A program made the translations under genes and the position numbers. 64,000 bases of DNA. Source: Chitinophagales bacterium (GTDB lineage: Bacteria; Bacteroidota; Bacteroidia; Chitinophagales; JADIYW01). The stretch covers positions 160,715 through 224,714 of the forward strand of contig CBDCGV010000016.1 of the NCBI GenBank assembly GCA_965216955.1, written 5' to 3'. Numbering within the stretch: the first letter of the stretch is position 1; each line of letters starts with the position of its first letter. Shown here one piece after another: positions 20,847 to 32,098 of the stretch. The notes under the pieces were generated by a model. That model was not told where the DNA came from. It ran no database searches and was given only the letters and a program-made list of their open reading frames with translations.

Positions 20847-21418
20847 AACTTGCCTTTTTGTTCCTCTAATTTAATTAACGCAAAAATTGCATAATTTATA
20901 ATATCCATATAGTTGCTGTCAATCCCTTCAGAAATCAGGGTTTCTCCATCATTTTCTTCAATCTGCTTTACTCTATGTAATTTAGTTAAGATCATATCTG
21001 TAAACGAAGCAATACGCATATCTCTCCAAGCTTCTCCATAATCATGATTTTTATCTATCATCAGGGCTCTTACTATTTCTACTTGCTGATCGTATAATTC
21101 CTCTGCCCTATCGCGCTTTAATTCTATAGACTCCTTTTTATCAATTGATAGTTGTATTAGGCCCATTAAGCCATAATTTACACATGCCATAAATTCTGAC
21201 TCTATACCATCACTAATTTTCTGGGTTCCTTTTTCGTCAATTGTTCTTATTCTTTTAGCCTTTATATACAATTGATCTGTAATAGACTGAATTCGAAAAA
21301 TACGCCATGAGGTTCCATAATCCTTTGTTTTTTTTAAAAAGATCTCTTTGCACCTTAATAAGACAGCATCGTATTGTTTTATTGTTCCACTCAATTGTAA
21401 GACTTGTATATTTGTCAA
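20843..21418 (-). CDS. DUF1599 domain protein (two tandem repeats)
   Basis: KKTKDYGTSWRIFR...ITDQLYIKAKRIR repeats internally as KNHDYGEAWRDMR...FTDMILTKLHRVKQI. It is divergent from folP, as is common in Bacteroidota. Confidence 0.65.
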   Translation of the reverse strand: MTNIQVLQLSGTIKQYDAVLLRCKEIFLKKTKDYGTSWRIFRIQSITDQLYIKAKRIRTIDEKGTQKISDGIESEFMACVNYGLMGLIQLSIDKKESIELKRDRAEELYDQQVEIVRALMIDKNHDYGEAWRDMRIASFTDMILTKLHRVKQIEENDGETLISEGIDSNYMDIINYAIFALIKLEEQKGKL

Positions 21419-21425
21419 TTAAAGA

Positions 21426-22283
21426 ATGGATAAAAATAATTTTTTTCATATCAATAAAACATTAAACTGTGCGGGAAAATTGCTCGACTTGTCAACACCG
21501 TTGATAATGGGTATTTTAAACGTTACGCCCGACTCTTTTTATGATGGGGGCAGGTATATTAATTCGGATCCTCTTTTAAAACAGGTTGAAAAGATGCTTG
21601 CCGAAGGAGCAGGCATTATTGATGTTGGAGGCATGTCTTCTAGACCAGGTGCTGCCATTATATCTGAAGAAGAAGAATTAAAGAGGGTAATAAAACCTAT
21701 TGAGTTAATTGGAAAAAACTTTCCTGAAGCCATTATTTCAATTGATACCATTCACTCCAAAGTTGCCAGATTAGGTATTGAAGCAGGCGCATCAATCATT
21801 AATGATGTTTCTGCAGGAAATATAGACAAAGAGATTTTAAGAATAGCAGCAGCATATAAAACACCATATATTTTGATGCACATGAAGGGTATGCCCAATA
21901 CTATGCAAAAAGATCCAAACTATGAGAACCTTTTACTTGAAATAACAGATTTCTTCATCGAAAAGATCAAAGCTTGCAACGAGGCGGGAATTAATGATAT
22001 TGTACTGGATCCTGGACTCGGTTTTGGCAAATCACTTAACGACAATTATTTGCTTCTAAAAAGGTTAAGAGATTTCGATTTTCTACAAAAACCTATCTTA
22101 ATCGGTGCCTCTCGTAAATCTATGATCTATAAATTGCTTGAATGTTCTCCCGAAGAAGCGCTTAACGGAACTACTGCTGCCCATACCATGGCCCTAATGA
22201 ATGGCGCTTCTATTTTGCGGGTGCATGATGTAAAAGCAGCTAAAGAAGCTATTTTGCTGTACAAAGCATATAATAATGCTTAG
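21426..22283 (+). CDS. folP: dihydropteroate synthase
   Basis: IMGILNVTPDSFYDGG, IIDVGG.SSRPGA, ISIDT, IINDVS and LDPGLGFGK are canonical FolP motifs. Confidence 0.93.
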   Translation: MDKNNFFHINKTLNCAGKLLDLSTPLIMGILNVTPDSFYDGGRYINSDPLLKQVEKMLAEGAGIIDVGGMSSRPGAAIISEEEELKRVIKPIELIGKNFPEAIISIDTIHSKVARLGIEAGASIINDVSAGNIDKEILRIAAAYKTPYILMHMKGMPNTMQKDPNYENLLLEITDFFIEKIKACNEAGINDIVLDPGLGFGKSLNDNYLLLKRLRDFDFLQKPILIGASRKSMIYKLLECSPEEALNGTTAAHTMALMNGASILRVHDVKAAKEAILLYKAYNNA

Positions 22284-22296
22284 ATGAGAATCTTAA

Positions 22297-22725
22297 TCAA
22301 TGCCAAACGCCAACAATACCACCCATAATGGCAAAGGTTACAATCCAATAGCCCACATTAATGGCCATATTGGTAAAGCTTTTTTGTTCATACAAAGCAT
22401 TTGTGACTAATACAGGCATAGCAACCAATATTCCTAAAAACATACCGTGAAAAGCTCCATGCTTAAATGTTTGAAATTCTGGGGTTCCATGACCTTCTGA
22501 GGCCCCACCCAGATTGATCCATACATAAAGAAAAAAAGCAGTCAAAAAGGACATTACTAATGACAAACCAAAGATCATAGGCATATTCCCTTGTTGTGCC
22601 TTTTCTTCAGTCATGCCAATAGATTTCATCCATGCGGTACCAAAAATTTTAGGATTGTACCATATAAAACCCATCACAAAGGTTGATAATGCCGCTACTA
22701 CTACTGATAAAAAATTGACGTCCAT
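22297..22725 (-). CDS. DUF1761 family membrane protein
   Basis: 142 aa with 4 TM segments. The N-terminus ...VVAALSTFVMGFIWYNPKIFGTAWMK is as I recall for DUF1761. Confidence 0.6.
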   Translation of the reverse strand: MDVNFLSVVVAALSTFVMGFIWYNPKIFGTAWMKSIGMTEEKAQQGNMPMIFGLSLVMSFLTAFFLYVWINLGGASEGHGTPEFQTFKHGAFHGMFLGILVAMPVLVTNALYEQKSFTNMAINVGYWIVTFAIMGGIVGVWH

Positions 22726-22798
22726 AGCTTAATCCATTTAGTTAGTGATCTTGAAAGTACCATTTATAAGATCAAAAAGCCAATAAAATTTTCAACAA

Positions 22799-23452
22799 TT
22801 ATATAGATGCAAGCACATCCGAGGCATATACATTTACACCAGCATTACTGTTTTTAGCATAAAAAATCATTGCCTTGGCAACTTGTTCTCCCGTTATTGC
22901 TCGATATTTCTGAAACCCACCTAACATTATTGGGTTTAACACTTTCATCACTACTTTACCGATGTCTTCTTTCAAACGTTTTTCAGAGCGGTCACCAAGC
23001 AACATAGAGGGTTGAAGAATATTAATTTTTGGTATGGATAATTTACTAATATCTCCTTCGATATATCCTTTTACTTTATTGTAAAAAATTGGAGAATTGC
23101 TATTCGCTCCCAAAGAACTCACTATTGAAAAATTTTGCACTCCTTTTTGTTCACTCAGTTGTGCCATTTTTAAAGGATATTCATAATCCACTCTTCGAAA
23201 GTTTTCTTTCGACTTTGCCTTTGCTATAGTTGTCCCTAAGCAACAAAACACATGATCAACATCAAACAAATCTTGGTATTCCTCTAATTTTGAGAAATCA
23301 ACAATATGTTGTTCAAGTTTTTCATTTACTATTGGTAAATTCCTCCTTCCAATACTGATAACACTTTTGTACATATCATCTTCCAATAAGAGTCTAAGAC
23401 AATTCCCTCCAACTAATCCGGTAGCTCCTGCTATTAATGCCTTCATAAGCAT
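22799..23452 (-). CDS. NAD(P)H-binding (atypical SDR / HTATIP2-like) oxidoreductase
   Basis: The Rossmann motif is ALIAGATGLVGG. Length 217 aa. Confidence 0.7.
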   Translation of the reverse strand: MLMKALIAGATGLVGGNCLRLLLEDDMYKSVISIGRRNLPIVNEKLEQHIVDFSKLEEYQDLFDVDHVFCCLGTTIAKAKSKENFRRVDYEYPLKMAQLSEQKGVQNFSIVSSLGANSNSPIFYNKVKGYIEGDISKLSIPKINILQPSMLLGDRSEKRLKEDIGKVVMKVLNPIMLGGFQKYRAITGEQVAKAMIFYAKNSNAGVNVYASDVLASI

Positions 23453-23471
23453 ATTTATTAAAACTATTTAT

Positions 23472-24203
23472 TTATTCTGTTTTTGAAGAATTCGCAACTG
23501 CACCCTGAATTCTATCTACCTCTTTTTTTGTTAACGCTCGCCAATGTCCTACTTTAAGGTTACCCAATTCAACATTCATAATACGAACCCTTTTCAACTT
23601 AACAACATCATAATTCAGGTACTCACACATCCGACGAATCTGTCTATTGAGGCCTTGAATCAAGATGATTTTAAATGTAAATTTATTCAATTTGACGACT
23701 TTACATTTTTTGGTTTTAGTTCCTAAAATAGGAATTCCATTGCTCATCCTTTTAATAAACTCCTGTGTAACAGCTTGTTTTACAGTTACAATGTATTCTT
23801 TTTCATGCTTATTGCCCGCTCTGAGAATTTTGTTAACAATATTTCCATCATTAGTTAGAAAAATGAGCCCTTCAGATGGCTTATCAAGCCTTCCAATCGG
23901 AAACAACCTCTTTTTATGATTAATAAAACGAATAATATTTTGGGGTTCTCTTAAATCGGTTGTGCAAACAATTCCAACAGGTTTATTAAAGGCTATATAA
24001 ATTGTTTTGGGCTTTTTATTTAATAGCTTACCATCTATTTTAACGATATCTCCTTTAAAAACTCGATTCCCTAACCTAGCACTCTTACCGTTAATGGTCA
24101 CTCTTCCTTTCACAATAAACTTTTCAGCTTCTCTTCTAGAGCAAATACCCGTATCGCTTATATATTTATTTAAACTAATCGAATGCTCATTTGTTTTTTC
24201 CAT
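23472..24203 (-). CDS. rluF: 23S rRNA pseudouridine synthase RluF
   Basis: Near-colinear with my recollection of E. coli RluF: [80 protein letters not shown]. Confidence 0.88.
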   Translation of the reverse strand: MEKTNEHSISLNKYISDTGICSRREAEKFIVKGRVTINGKSARLGNRVFKGDIVKIDGKLLNKKPKTIYIAFNKPVGIVCTTDLREPQNIIRFINHKKRLFPIGRLDKPSEGLIFLTNDGNIVNKILRAGNKHEKEYIVTVKQAVTQEFIKRMSNGIPILGTKTKKCKVVKLNKFTFKIILIQGLNRQIRRMCEYLNYDVVKLKRVRIMNVELGNLKVGHWRALTKKEVDRIQGAVANSSKTE

Positions 24204-24303
24204 GCCAATACTTAGTTTAGCAAAACTACTATTTCATTAGTAAGTTGATAATTATATTGAATAAAGTAATCATAACTTTTTCTTTCCAATTATATTAGCA
24301 GTT

Positions 24304-25149
24304 ATGGTATTAATTGCAGACAGCGGTTCAACAAAAACGGATTGGTTATTTATTGATCCTTCAGAAAAAAAAACACTGATTAATACAGAAGGTATTAATC
24401 CGATGGTTCAAACAGTGGATATGATTGAGACCATTATAAATGACTTACCAAATTTAAACGTTGATAAAGTCTTTTTTTATGGAGCAAGCTGTTCAAGTAA
24501 GCAAAGAGTTGAAAAGGTAAAACAACCCTTGCAAAAAAAATTCTCTAACTGCTCTATCACAGTAAGTCACGATATACAAGGAGCTGTTTATGCTTTGTGT
24601 GGAAATGACGATGGCATCGCATGTATTTTAGGAACAGGATCTAATTCGATACTACAAGTAAATCGGGAGTTAAAGCAGATCAATCCGGCGCTAGGGTTTA
24701 TTTTAGGAGATGAAGGAAGTGGTGCCTCTATTGGAAAAAGATTGGCTAGAGATTTTCTGTATCAGCAAATGCCCAGTGAAATATATGCTATTTTTAAAAA
24801 TGAACTGGCGCTATCTAAAAATGAAATCTTTGACAGGATTTACAATAAAGAAAATCCCAATCGCTATCTAGCTTCATTTACAAGAGGGTTATCTAATCAT
24901 ATTGAACATCCCTATACAAAAAAGATAGTAGGTTATACTTTTCAGAAGTTTATAAAATACCACATTGCTTGTTTTAGCAACTATCAATCTTATAGAGCTA
25001 ACTTCGTTGGATCAATAGCCCACCACTTTAAAAGTATACTAATTGAGGAATGTGATCGGTCTAATATTCGTGTAGGAAAAATCATTAAACAACCTATCTA
25101 TGATCTCTCTGACTACATACTAAACGAAGAAGATGCAAAAAACAACTGA
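24304..25149 (+). CDS. BadF/BadG/BcrA/BcrD-type ATPase; sugar kinase, possibly a MurNAc/GlcNAc kinase
   Basis: The ASKHA-type motifs are LIADSGSTKTDW and ILGTGSNS...GFILGDEGSG. It overlaps murQ by 17 nt. The MurK assignment is an inference from context. Confidence 0.65.
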   Translation: MVLIADSGSTKTDWLFIDPSEKKTLINTEGINPMVQTVDMIETIINDLPNLNVDKVFFYGASCSSKQRVEKVKQPLQKKFSNCSITVSHDIQGAVYALCGNDDGIACILGTGSNSILQVNRELKQINPALGFILGDEGSGASIGKRLARDFLYQQMPSEIYAIFKNELALSKNEIFDRIYNKENPNRYLASFTRGLSNHIEHPYTKKIVGYTFQKFIKYHIACFSNYQSYRANFVGSIAHHFKSILIEECDRSNIRVGKIIKQPIYDLSDYILNEEDAKNN

Positions 25150-25936
25150 ACAAGCTTCAAAATACAATCATCTTGAAAAGATGTCCACAAGAACATTATT
25201 GGTTAATATTAATAATGAAGATCATATTGTTCCGAAAGTTATTGAGCAGCTAATCCCAAAAATTGAATTGCTCGTTGACTTAATAGCAGATAAGATGTTG
25301 AGCGGTGGCAGACTATTTTATATTGGTGCCGGCACCAGTGGTAGATTGGGCATTGTGGATGCTTCTGAATGCCCCCCTACCTTTGGCGTTGACCATAATT
25401 TAGTTATAGGAATTATGGCAGGTGGAGATCAAGCCATTAGAAAAGCTGTTGAATTTGCGGAAGATGATAGTGAACGAGGATGGCAAGACTTACAAGCCTA
25501 CAAAATAAATCACAAAGATGTCTTAATAGGTATTGCCGCATCAGGATCAACACCATATGTAGTGGGCGCCTTAAAAGAAGCACAGGAAAACGAAATCAAG
25601 ACCGGTTGCATAACTTGTAATTCAGGCAGTGCTTTAGCAAAGCATGCCGATTATCCTATAGAAGCAATTCTTGGACCTGAATTTGTTACTGGAAGCACTC
25701 GTATGAAGGCCGGAACTGCTCAAAAATTAATTTTAAATATGATTAGTACCTCTGTCATGATTAAACTTGGCAGAGTAAAGGGGAATAAAATGGTTGATAT
25801 GCAGCTGAGCAATGACAAGCTGGTAGATAGAGGTACTAAAATGGTATCTACGGCGTTGAACATAAGCTATGAAGATGCACAGCAAAAATTATTAGATGCA
25901 GGTAGTGTTAGAAAAGCTATTGACAGAAACAAATAA
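25133..25936 (+). CDS. murQ: N-acetylmuramic acid 6-phosphate etherase
   Basis: RLFYIGAGTSGRLGIVDASECPPTFG, GIAASGSTPYV, TGSTRMKAGTAQK and NKMVDMQ are the canonical SIS/MurQ motifs. Confidence 0.92.
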   Translation: MQKTTEQASKYNHLEKMSTRTLLVNINNEDHIVPKVIEQLIPKIELLVDLIADKMLSGGRLFYIGAGTSGRLGIVDASECPPTFGVDHNLVIGIMAGGDQAIRKAVEFAEDDSERGWQDLQAYKINHKDVLIGIAASGSTPYVVGALKEAQENEIKTGCITCNSGSALAKHADYPIEAILGPEFVTGSTRMKAGTAQKLILNMISTSVMIKLGRVKGNKMVDMQLSNDKLVDRGTKMVSTALNISYEDAQQKLLDAGSVRKAIDRNK

Positions 25937-25969
25937 TTTTTTTTACATTTAATTATGAGTCTATTTTAA

Positions 25970-26545
25970 ATGCATAATATAGAACCATATTATAACTGGC
26001 GCGACAGATACATTGCTGAAGAAGATGAGCGCTCTCCGTTTTACGGTCGTCAATACAATGAATTCCAATTCACCACTAAAATTTACAATTACTTTATTCA
26101 TCCTCAATGGGATGATATTGGCTCACCCACATTGTACATAAAACTCATTTATACCGATTACGATGAAGAATTTGCCATTTTGGAATTAATTGGAGAATGG
26201 AATGATTGTGTCAACAATGACATTATGTTCTTAAAGAGAGAAATTATAGACAAGCTAATCAACCAAGGCGTTTATAAATTTATTTTGATTGGAGAAAATG
26301 TTCTAAACTTTCATTCGTCAGAAAGCGATTATTATGAAGAATGGTTTGAGGATATTATTGAGGAAGGCGGTTGGATTACTGCACTAAATTTTAGAGAACA
26401 TATCGTTGAAGAAATGCAGCGCATTGATATTCAACAGTATATCCATTTAGGCAACAGATTTAACTCTATCAATTGGAGGACTCTGAAGCCACAAGTACTT
26501 GCCTCGACTATAGAAGCTATTCTTTTAAGAGTAATTTCTGCTTAG
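25970..26545 (+). CDS. hypothetical protein (191 aa)
   Basis: ORF only; no motif recognised. Confidence 0.45.
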   Translation: MHNIEPYYNWRDRYIAEEDERSPFYGRQYNEFQFTTKIYNYFIHPQWDDIGSPTLYIKLIYTDYDEEFAILELIGEWNDCVNNDIMFLKREIIDKLINQGVYKFILIGENVLNFHSSESDYYEEWFEDIIEEGGWITALNFREHIVEEMQRIDIQQYIHLGNRFNSINWRTLKPQVLASTIEAILLRVISA

Positions 26546-26554
26546 ATTTGCTGG

Positions 26555-27175
26555 ATGTCAATAGCTTTTGATAACGAGAAATATATCCCAGTAATGGAAC
26601 ATTTTTATACCATTCAAGGGGAAGGAAGGCATCAAGGGAAGGCAGCTTACTTTGTAAGATTGGCTGGATGCGATGTTGGGTGCGTTTGGTGTGATGTAAA
26701 AGCATCATGGGAAGTTGATAATGCGCAACTAATGCTTTTAGATGTTTTAATGGAAGCCATCAAAACGTCGAATGCTAAAACAGTAGTTATTACCGGGGGA
26801 GAACCCTTAATGTATGACCTCACCCAATTAACTAGATTACTTAAAAACCAAAAGTTAGATATTCATATAGAAACCTCTGGAGCATATAAGTTAAGCGGTC
26901 AATTAGATTGGATTACTTTTTCCCCTAAAAAATTTAAATCGCCGATTAATGAGATTTATAATTTGGCACACGAATTGAAAGTAATAGTATATAATAAAAG
27001 TGATTTAAAGTGGGCAAAGCAACATGCAGAAAAGGTTAATAACAGTTGTTATCTATATCTACAACCTGAATATAGCAGGGCAAAAGAGATGCTTCCGCTT
27101 ATAATAAAATTTGTAAAGGATAATCCTGCATGGAGAATTTCGTTACAAGTACATAAATACATGAATATACCTTGA
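26555..27175 (+). CDS. queE: 7-carboxy-7-deazaguanine synthase QueE (radical SAM)
   Basis: YTIQGEGRHQGKAAYFVRLAGCDVGCVWCD carries the CxxxCxxC-like cluster motif in QueE context. VITGGEPL is present. Length 206 aa. Confidence 0.85.
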   Translation: MSIAFDNEKYIPVMEHFYTIQGEGRHQGKAAYFVRLAGCDVGCVWCDVKASWEVDNAQLMLLDVLMEAIKTSNAKTVVITGGEPLMYDLTQLTRLLKNQKLDIHIETSGAYKLSGQLDWITFSPKKFKSPINEIYNLAHELKVIVYNKSDLKWAKQHAEKVNNSCYLYLQPEYSRAKEMLPLIIKFVKDNPAWRISLQVHKYMNIP

Positions 27176-29052
27176 CAGGTCGTTTAAAAATATTAATCCT
27201 ATTACTATCGATAACTTATTCAATCGGTCATACTCAATCTAAAAAAGCTATTAAATATTTTGAGATTGGCACCTATGAAATGGGATTAAATAAGTTTGAC
27301 ATTGCAATTTCCAATTTCCAAAAGGCTATTGATTTATATCCTGCTTACAAAGAGGCCAAATTGCGCTTAGCCGATGTCTATTTCAAGTCTAGAGACTACA
27401 AAAATGCCCTCGCACAATTTGAAGCATTATACAATGAACATAGTCTTAAAAATAATGCATTATTGTTAATGTTAAGTGAATCCGCATTTGAGATTCAAGA
27501 ATATGACAAGTGCTTAAAGTACGTCTCTGAACTCCTTGACAACGAAAACATATCAGCTAAAAATAAATCCAAAGGCATATTAATTCAACAAAATGCGAAC
27601 TTCGCAAAAAAAGCAGTAAAAACCCCCGTCTCCTTTCAACCCGTAAATTTGGGAGCAAATATCAATACTGAACATGATGAATATCTCCCTGCAATTAGTG
27701 CTGATTTTCAAAAACTAGTCTTTACTAAACAAATCGATTTTCAAGAAGATCTTTATTACAGTATTAAAGAAAATGATCAATGGGTAAAAGCAAAATCAGC
27801 AGGACCAACAATTAATACAGGACATAATGAAGGTGCGCATTGTTTAACAGATGATGGTAAACTCATTTTGTACACGGCATGTAATATGAAAAATAGTTTG
27901 GGAAGTTGTGACATATATTTCACCAAACTATCTAAGGGTAAATGGACACCCCCTAAAAACATTTCTAAGCCAATTAACTCCCCTCATTGGGAAGCCCAAC
28001 CTTCTTTTTCGTCGGATAAAAAACACTTGTACTTTGTAAGTAATCGACCGGGAGGGTATGGTGGTAAGGATATTTGGGTAGTCCACTTGCAAAAAGATAA
28101 AACTTGGTCGACACCTGAAAACTTGGGTCCCACCATTAACACTCCTTTTGACGAACAATCTCCCTTTATTCATTTTGATGGGCAAACACTTTATTTTTCT
28201 TCTAAAGGGCATCCAGGCATGGGCAAAGAGGATATTTTCGTCTCTAAACTTAAAAAAAATAAATGGTCAAAGCCTATCAATTTAGGATATCCTATTAACA
28301 CTGCTGATGTAGAGTCTGGACTAGGTGTGACTATTGATGGTTCGAAGGCCTTTTATGCAAGCAACAGATCTGATTCGTATGGAGGATTAGATATTTATAG
28401 TTTTGAATTACCTGACTATGCAAAACCGGAGTTAGTAACTTATGTTTCAGGAAAAACGATAAACAAAGCTACAGGAGAACCCGTAAAAGTATTATATGAG
28501 ATTTACAATTTGACCACCGGAGAAATAATAGAAAAGAATAAAACCTCTAGCACAGGGTCTTTCTTTACTTGTCTACCCCTAAATGCTAATTATGGATTAA
28601 CTGTTGCAGATGTTAGTTTTCTTCCTTATTCAAAACATTTTGCTTTATCAAAACACCCAGCTATTGAACCCATTCAACTTAACATTGAGCTTTCCCCAAT
28701 AAAACAATCAAAAAACACTGCTATAGTACTTAGTAATGTATTTTTCAAAATAGATAGTCATGAATTAGAGCCTACTTCATTTATTGAACTAAATGAAATT
28801 GCGTCAACAATAAAAAAAGGGGGTCATAAAGTTGAAATTAGTGGACATACGGATAATACCGGAAGTAAATCACACAATCAAGCGCTTTCACAAAACCGAG
28901 CACAAAGTGTTGTAAACTACTTAGTACAACAAGGAGTCTACCCTGATAAGTTAATCGCCATAGGCTATGGAGATACGATTCCTATTGCAGACAATTCTAA
29001 TGAAGAAGGCCGAGCTAAAAACAGAAGAACCGAGTTCAAAATAATTGATTAG
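27172..29052 (+). CDS. PorE(PG1058)-like OmpA-family protein (TPR, TolB/PD40-like beta-propeller repeats, CRD-like domain, OmpA_C)
   Basis: A signal peptide is followed by TPR-like helices. Repeated PD40-type motifs are present (EYLPAIS.D...LVFT, EAQPSFSSDKKHLYFVSNRPGGYGGKDIW, EQSPFIHFDGQTLYFSS). The C-terminus is OmpA-like: ISGHTDNTGS...N..LS..RA..V..YL...G......GYG...P......EGRAKNRRTEF. It starts at a TTG that overlaps the queE stop. Confidence 0.8.
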   Translation: MTGRLKILILLLSITYSIGHTQSKKAIKYFEIGTYEMGLNKFDIAISNFQKAIDLYPAYKEAKLRLADVYFKSRDYKNALAQFEALYNEHSLKNNALLLMLSESAFEIQEYDKCLKYVSELLDNENISAKNKSKGILIQQNANFAKKAVKTPVSFQPVNLGANINTEHDEYLPAISADFQKLVFTKQIDFQEDLYYSIKENDQWVKAKSAGPTINTGHNEGAHCLTDDGKLILYTACNMKNSLGSCDIYFTKLSKGKWTPPKNISKPINSPHWEAQPSFSSDKKHLYFVSNRPGGYGGKDIWVVHLQKDKTWSTPENLGPTINTPFDEQSPFIHFDGQTLYFSSKGHPGMGKEDIFVSKLKKNKWSKPINLGYPINTADVESGLGVTIDGSKAFYASNRSDSYGGLDIYSFELPDYAKPELVTYVSGKTINKATGEPVKVLYEIYNLTTGEIIEKNKTSSTGSFFTCLPLNANYGLTVADVSFLPYSKHFALSKHPAIEPIQLNIELSPIKQSKNTAIVLSNVFFKIDSHELEPTSFIELNEIASTIKKGGHKVEISGHTDNTGSKSHNQALSQNRAQSVVNYLVQQGVYPDKLIAIGYGDTIPIADNSNEEGRAKNRRTEFKIID

Positions 29053-29058
29053 CACCTT

Positions 29059-30318
29059 TCAATAACCATATTTCTCCCCCCACCAATTTTTCAATCTTTT
29101 TTTAAATTCATTTTCTCTAACATTATTTCCCGGTTCATACAACGTTACTCCCTTAATTTTGTCTGGCAAAAATTCCATATCAGAAAAATTCCCTTCATAT
29201 GCATGGGCGTATTGATAATTCTTGCCATAATTTAGTTCTTTCATTAATTGAGTAGGTGCATTTCTAATTTCTAAGGGAACACCAAGATTTTGTGTTTTTT
29301 TCGAAAGATCCAATGCTTTATTGATTGCCTGATAGGATGCATTACTTTTAGGAGAACAAGCCAAATATATCGTTGCTTGACTAAGTATTATTCTACATTC
29401 AGGATAACCTATTGTATTGGTCGCCTGAAAACAAGAGTTTGCTAAAACCAAAGCCGTTGGATTTGCATTCCCAATATCTTCTGAAGCTAAAATCAACAAT
29501 CTTCTGGCAATAAACTTAGGATCCTCACCACCATCAATCATTCTCGCCAACCAGTATACAGCAGCATTCGGATCACTCCCACGAATGGACTTAATAAAGG
29601 CAGAAATGATGTCGTAGTGTTGCTCTCCACTTTTATCATATCTTGCTGTATTCTGTTGAATTGCCTTTTCTACTACTTTATTAGTGATTACCTTTTTATG
29701 ATCTGGAATACTATCTATTGTTATTTCTAATAAGTTAAGTAATTTCCTTGCATCTGCCCCAGACAATTGAAGCAATGCTTCATGCTCTTTAATGACTATA
29801 TCATATTGCTGCAATTGCTCATCATTCGATATGACATTCTCTAACAATGTCAATAATTCCCGACCAGTAAAAGGTTTTAGAACATACACCTGACACCTGG
29901 ATAGTAATGCAGAAATAACCTCAAAAGACGGGTTTTCTGTAGTCGCACCTATTAGAATAATTATTCCATTTTCTACCGCACCTAATAGCGCATCTTGCTG
30001 GGATTTATTAAAACGATGAATTTCATCAATAAAAAGCACCATTTGACCTGCTTTTTTTGCCGTTTGTATCACCGCTCTCACCTCCTTTACTCCTGCACTA
30101 ATGGCACTGAGTGCAGTAAAAGGGATATCTGCACTTTTAGCAAGTATTCTTGCTAGTGTTGTTTTTCCTACCCCAGGAGGTCCCCAAAAAATCATTGAAT
30201 GTAGTTTTCTATTTTGTATAGCGATACGCAATGCTTGACCATCACCAACTAAATGTGCTTGCCCAATATATTCCTCTAAATTTTTTGGACGCATCCGCTC
30301 TGCTAAAGGTACATTCAT
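29059..30318 (-). CDS. rarA: replication-associated recombination protein A (AAA+ ATPase RarA/MgsA)
   Basis: LAERMRP..L.E..GQ.HL, the Walker A motif [35 protein letters not shown] and DPNAA.YWLARM are all present. Confidence 0.93.
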   Translation of the reverse strand: MNVPLAERMRPKNLEEYIGQAHLVGDGQALRIAIQNRKLHSMIFWGPPGVGKTTLARILAKSADIPFTALSAISAGVKEVRAVIQTAKKAGQMVLFIDEIHRFNKSQQDALLGAVENGIIILIGATTENPSFEVISALLSRCQVYVLKPFTGRELLTLLENVISNDEQLQQYDIVIKEHEALLQLSGADARKLLNLLEITIDSIPDHKKVITNKVVEKAIQQNTARYDKSGEQHYDIISAFIKSIRGSDPNAAVYWLARMIDGGEDPKFIARRLLILASEDIGNANPTALVLANSCFQATNTIGYPECRIILSQATIYLACSPKSNASYQAINKALDLSKKTQNLGVPLEIRNAPTQLMKELNYGKNYQYAHAYEGNFSDMEFLPDKIKGVTLYEPGNNVRENEFKKRLKNWWGEKYGY

Positions 30319-30408
30319 AAAACTAAGTTAGTATTAAGTAGTAAGTATTCAATAATAAGAATACCGTTAATATGAGTAATTTTAGTCTAAATAAAGACTG
30401 ATTATAAA

Positions 30409-31443
30409 ATGTATAAACTGTTTATTCGGCCCATTTTCTTTTTAATCTCTCCTGAAAAAGTACATTATATGGCGTTAAATCTTTTAAAGATTGCCATAAA
30501 TTTTCCTTTAATAGGTTTTTTGTTTAAAAAACAACACACCATTATTCACCCTCTTTTAGAAAAAGAAGTTTTTGGCTTAAAATTTAAGAATCCAGTAGGA
30601 TTAGCCGCAGGATTTGACAAAGATGGCAAGTATTTTGACCAATTAGAACACTTAGGGTTTGGATTCATAGAAATAGGTACCGTTACACCGAAAGCTCAAA
30701 ACGGCAATCCAAAACCAAGATTATTTAGACTACCTAAAGATAAGGCACTTATCAATAGAATGGGGTTCAATAATGAAGGAGTTGAAGCTATGGTTTCAAG
30801 GCTAAAAAATCGAAAAACATCAAATGTAATTATCGGCGGAAACATTGGAAAAAACAAAGTTACTCCAAATGAAAATGCCGTAGAGGACTATGTAATTTCC
30901 TTCAAAGCACTTTTCCCATATGTCGACTATTTTGTTGTAAATGTTAGCTCTCCTAATACACCTAATTTACGAGCACTTCAAAACAAAGCGCCACTTACAA
31001 AGCTATTAAGTACCTTAAAAAATTTGAATGAAACTTATGGACAGCCTAAACCTCTACTCCTAAAAATTGCTCCCGACCTAAACAACGACCTTCTTAATGA
31101 TATTATAGACATTGCTGCGGAACTTCAACTAGACGGTCTAGTTGCCTCCAACACAACAATATCTCGAGAAGGACTGGCTACATCTGCAGAGAGAATAGAA
31201 CAAATTGGAAATGGAGGATTAAGCGGACTTCCTGTAAGAAACAGGTCTACTGAAATCATAAAATATATCCATGAAAAGACAGATGGAAGATTGCCTATAA
31301 TTGCAGTTGGGGGGATTTTTAATGCTAAGGATGCCCAAGAAAAACTAGATGCCGGCGCATCTTTAGTTCAAATTTATACAGGCTTTATTTATGAAGGTCC
31401 TGGAGTAGTTAAAAAGATTTGTAAAGGTTTACTCAATTCTTAA
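30409..31443 (+). CDS. pyrD: quinone-dependent dihydroorotate dehydrogenase (class 2)
   Basis: [59 protein letters not shown] and GGLSG, plus an N-terminal membrane-associated helix. Confidence 0.95.
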   Translation: MYKLFIRPIFFLISPEKVHYMALNLLKIAINFPLIGFLFKKQHTIIHPLLEKEVFGLKFKNPVGLAAGFDKDGKYFDQLEHLGFGFIEIGTVTPKAQNGNPKPRLFRLPKDKALINRMGFNNEGVEAMVSRLKNRKTSNVIIGGNIGKNKVTPNENAVEDYVISFKALFPYVDYFVVNVSSPNTPNLRALQNKAPLTKLLSTLKNLNETYGQPKPLLLKIAPDLNNDLLNDIIDIAAELQLDGLVASNTTISREGLATSAERIEQIGNGGLSGLPVRNRSTEIIKYIHEKTDGRLPIIAVGGIFNAKDAQEKLDAGASLVQIYTGFIYEGPGVVKKICKGLLNS

Positions 31444-32098
31444 ATGCATATTCAACAATATTCGCCCCCATTTTCAATGCTTTTAATCTAACTTCTTGAG
31501 GGTCTTTATGTACCTCTTGATCTTCCCATCCATCTCCTAAATCACACTCGTAGGTATAAAAAACAACTAATCGCCCTTCGTAAATCAATCCCAGTCCTTC
31601 AGGTGGTTTATTATCATGTTCGTGAATTTTAGGTAATCCTTTAGAAAAACTAAACGTCTGCCTATAAATTTCATGCTGATAAGGCAACTCTATTAATTCT
31701 AATTCAGGAAACACCTTTTTTAACGCAATTCTTACATAAGGGTCCATCCCATAATTATCGTCAATATGTAAAAAGCCTCCAGCGGTTAGATAACTTCTTA
31801 AATTTTCTGCATCGTTATCAGAGAAAACTACATTACCATGACCAGTCATATGAATAAAAGGGACGTTAAATATATCAGGATCTCCAGGCTCAACTTCTAC
31901 AATGTCGGCATCTATATTCATATTTAACTCTTTCTCGCAAAATGAAATAAGATTTGGAAGAGCCGTTGGGTTTGCATACCAATCACCACCGCCACTATAT
32001 TTAAGTAGCCCTATTTTAATAGAAGAACTTTGAGCCTGAGCACTAATAAAAAAAAGTGTACACAGAATAATACAGGAAATAGTTTTAATATTCATCAA
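31433..32098 (-). CDS. DUF4159 domain protein
   Basis: A signal peptide is followed by [22 protein letters not shown] and FIHMTGHGN, as I recall for DUF4159. Its 3' end overlaps the convergent pyrD by 11 nt. Confidence 0.65.
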   Translation of the reverse strand: MMNIKTISCIILCTLFFISAQAQSSSIKIGLLKYSGGGDWYANPTALPNLISFCEKELNMNIDADIVEVEPGDPDIFNVPFIHMTGHGNVVFSDNDAENLRSYLTAGGFLHIDDNYGMDPYVRIALKKVFPELELIELPYQHEIYRQTFSFSKGLPKIHEHDNKPPEGLGLIYEGRLVVFYTYECDLGDGWEDQEVHKDPQEVRLKALKMGANIVEYAFKN

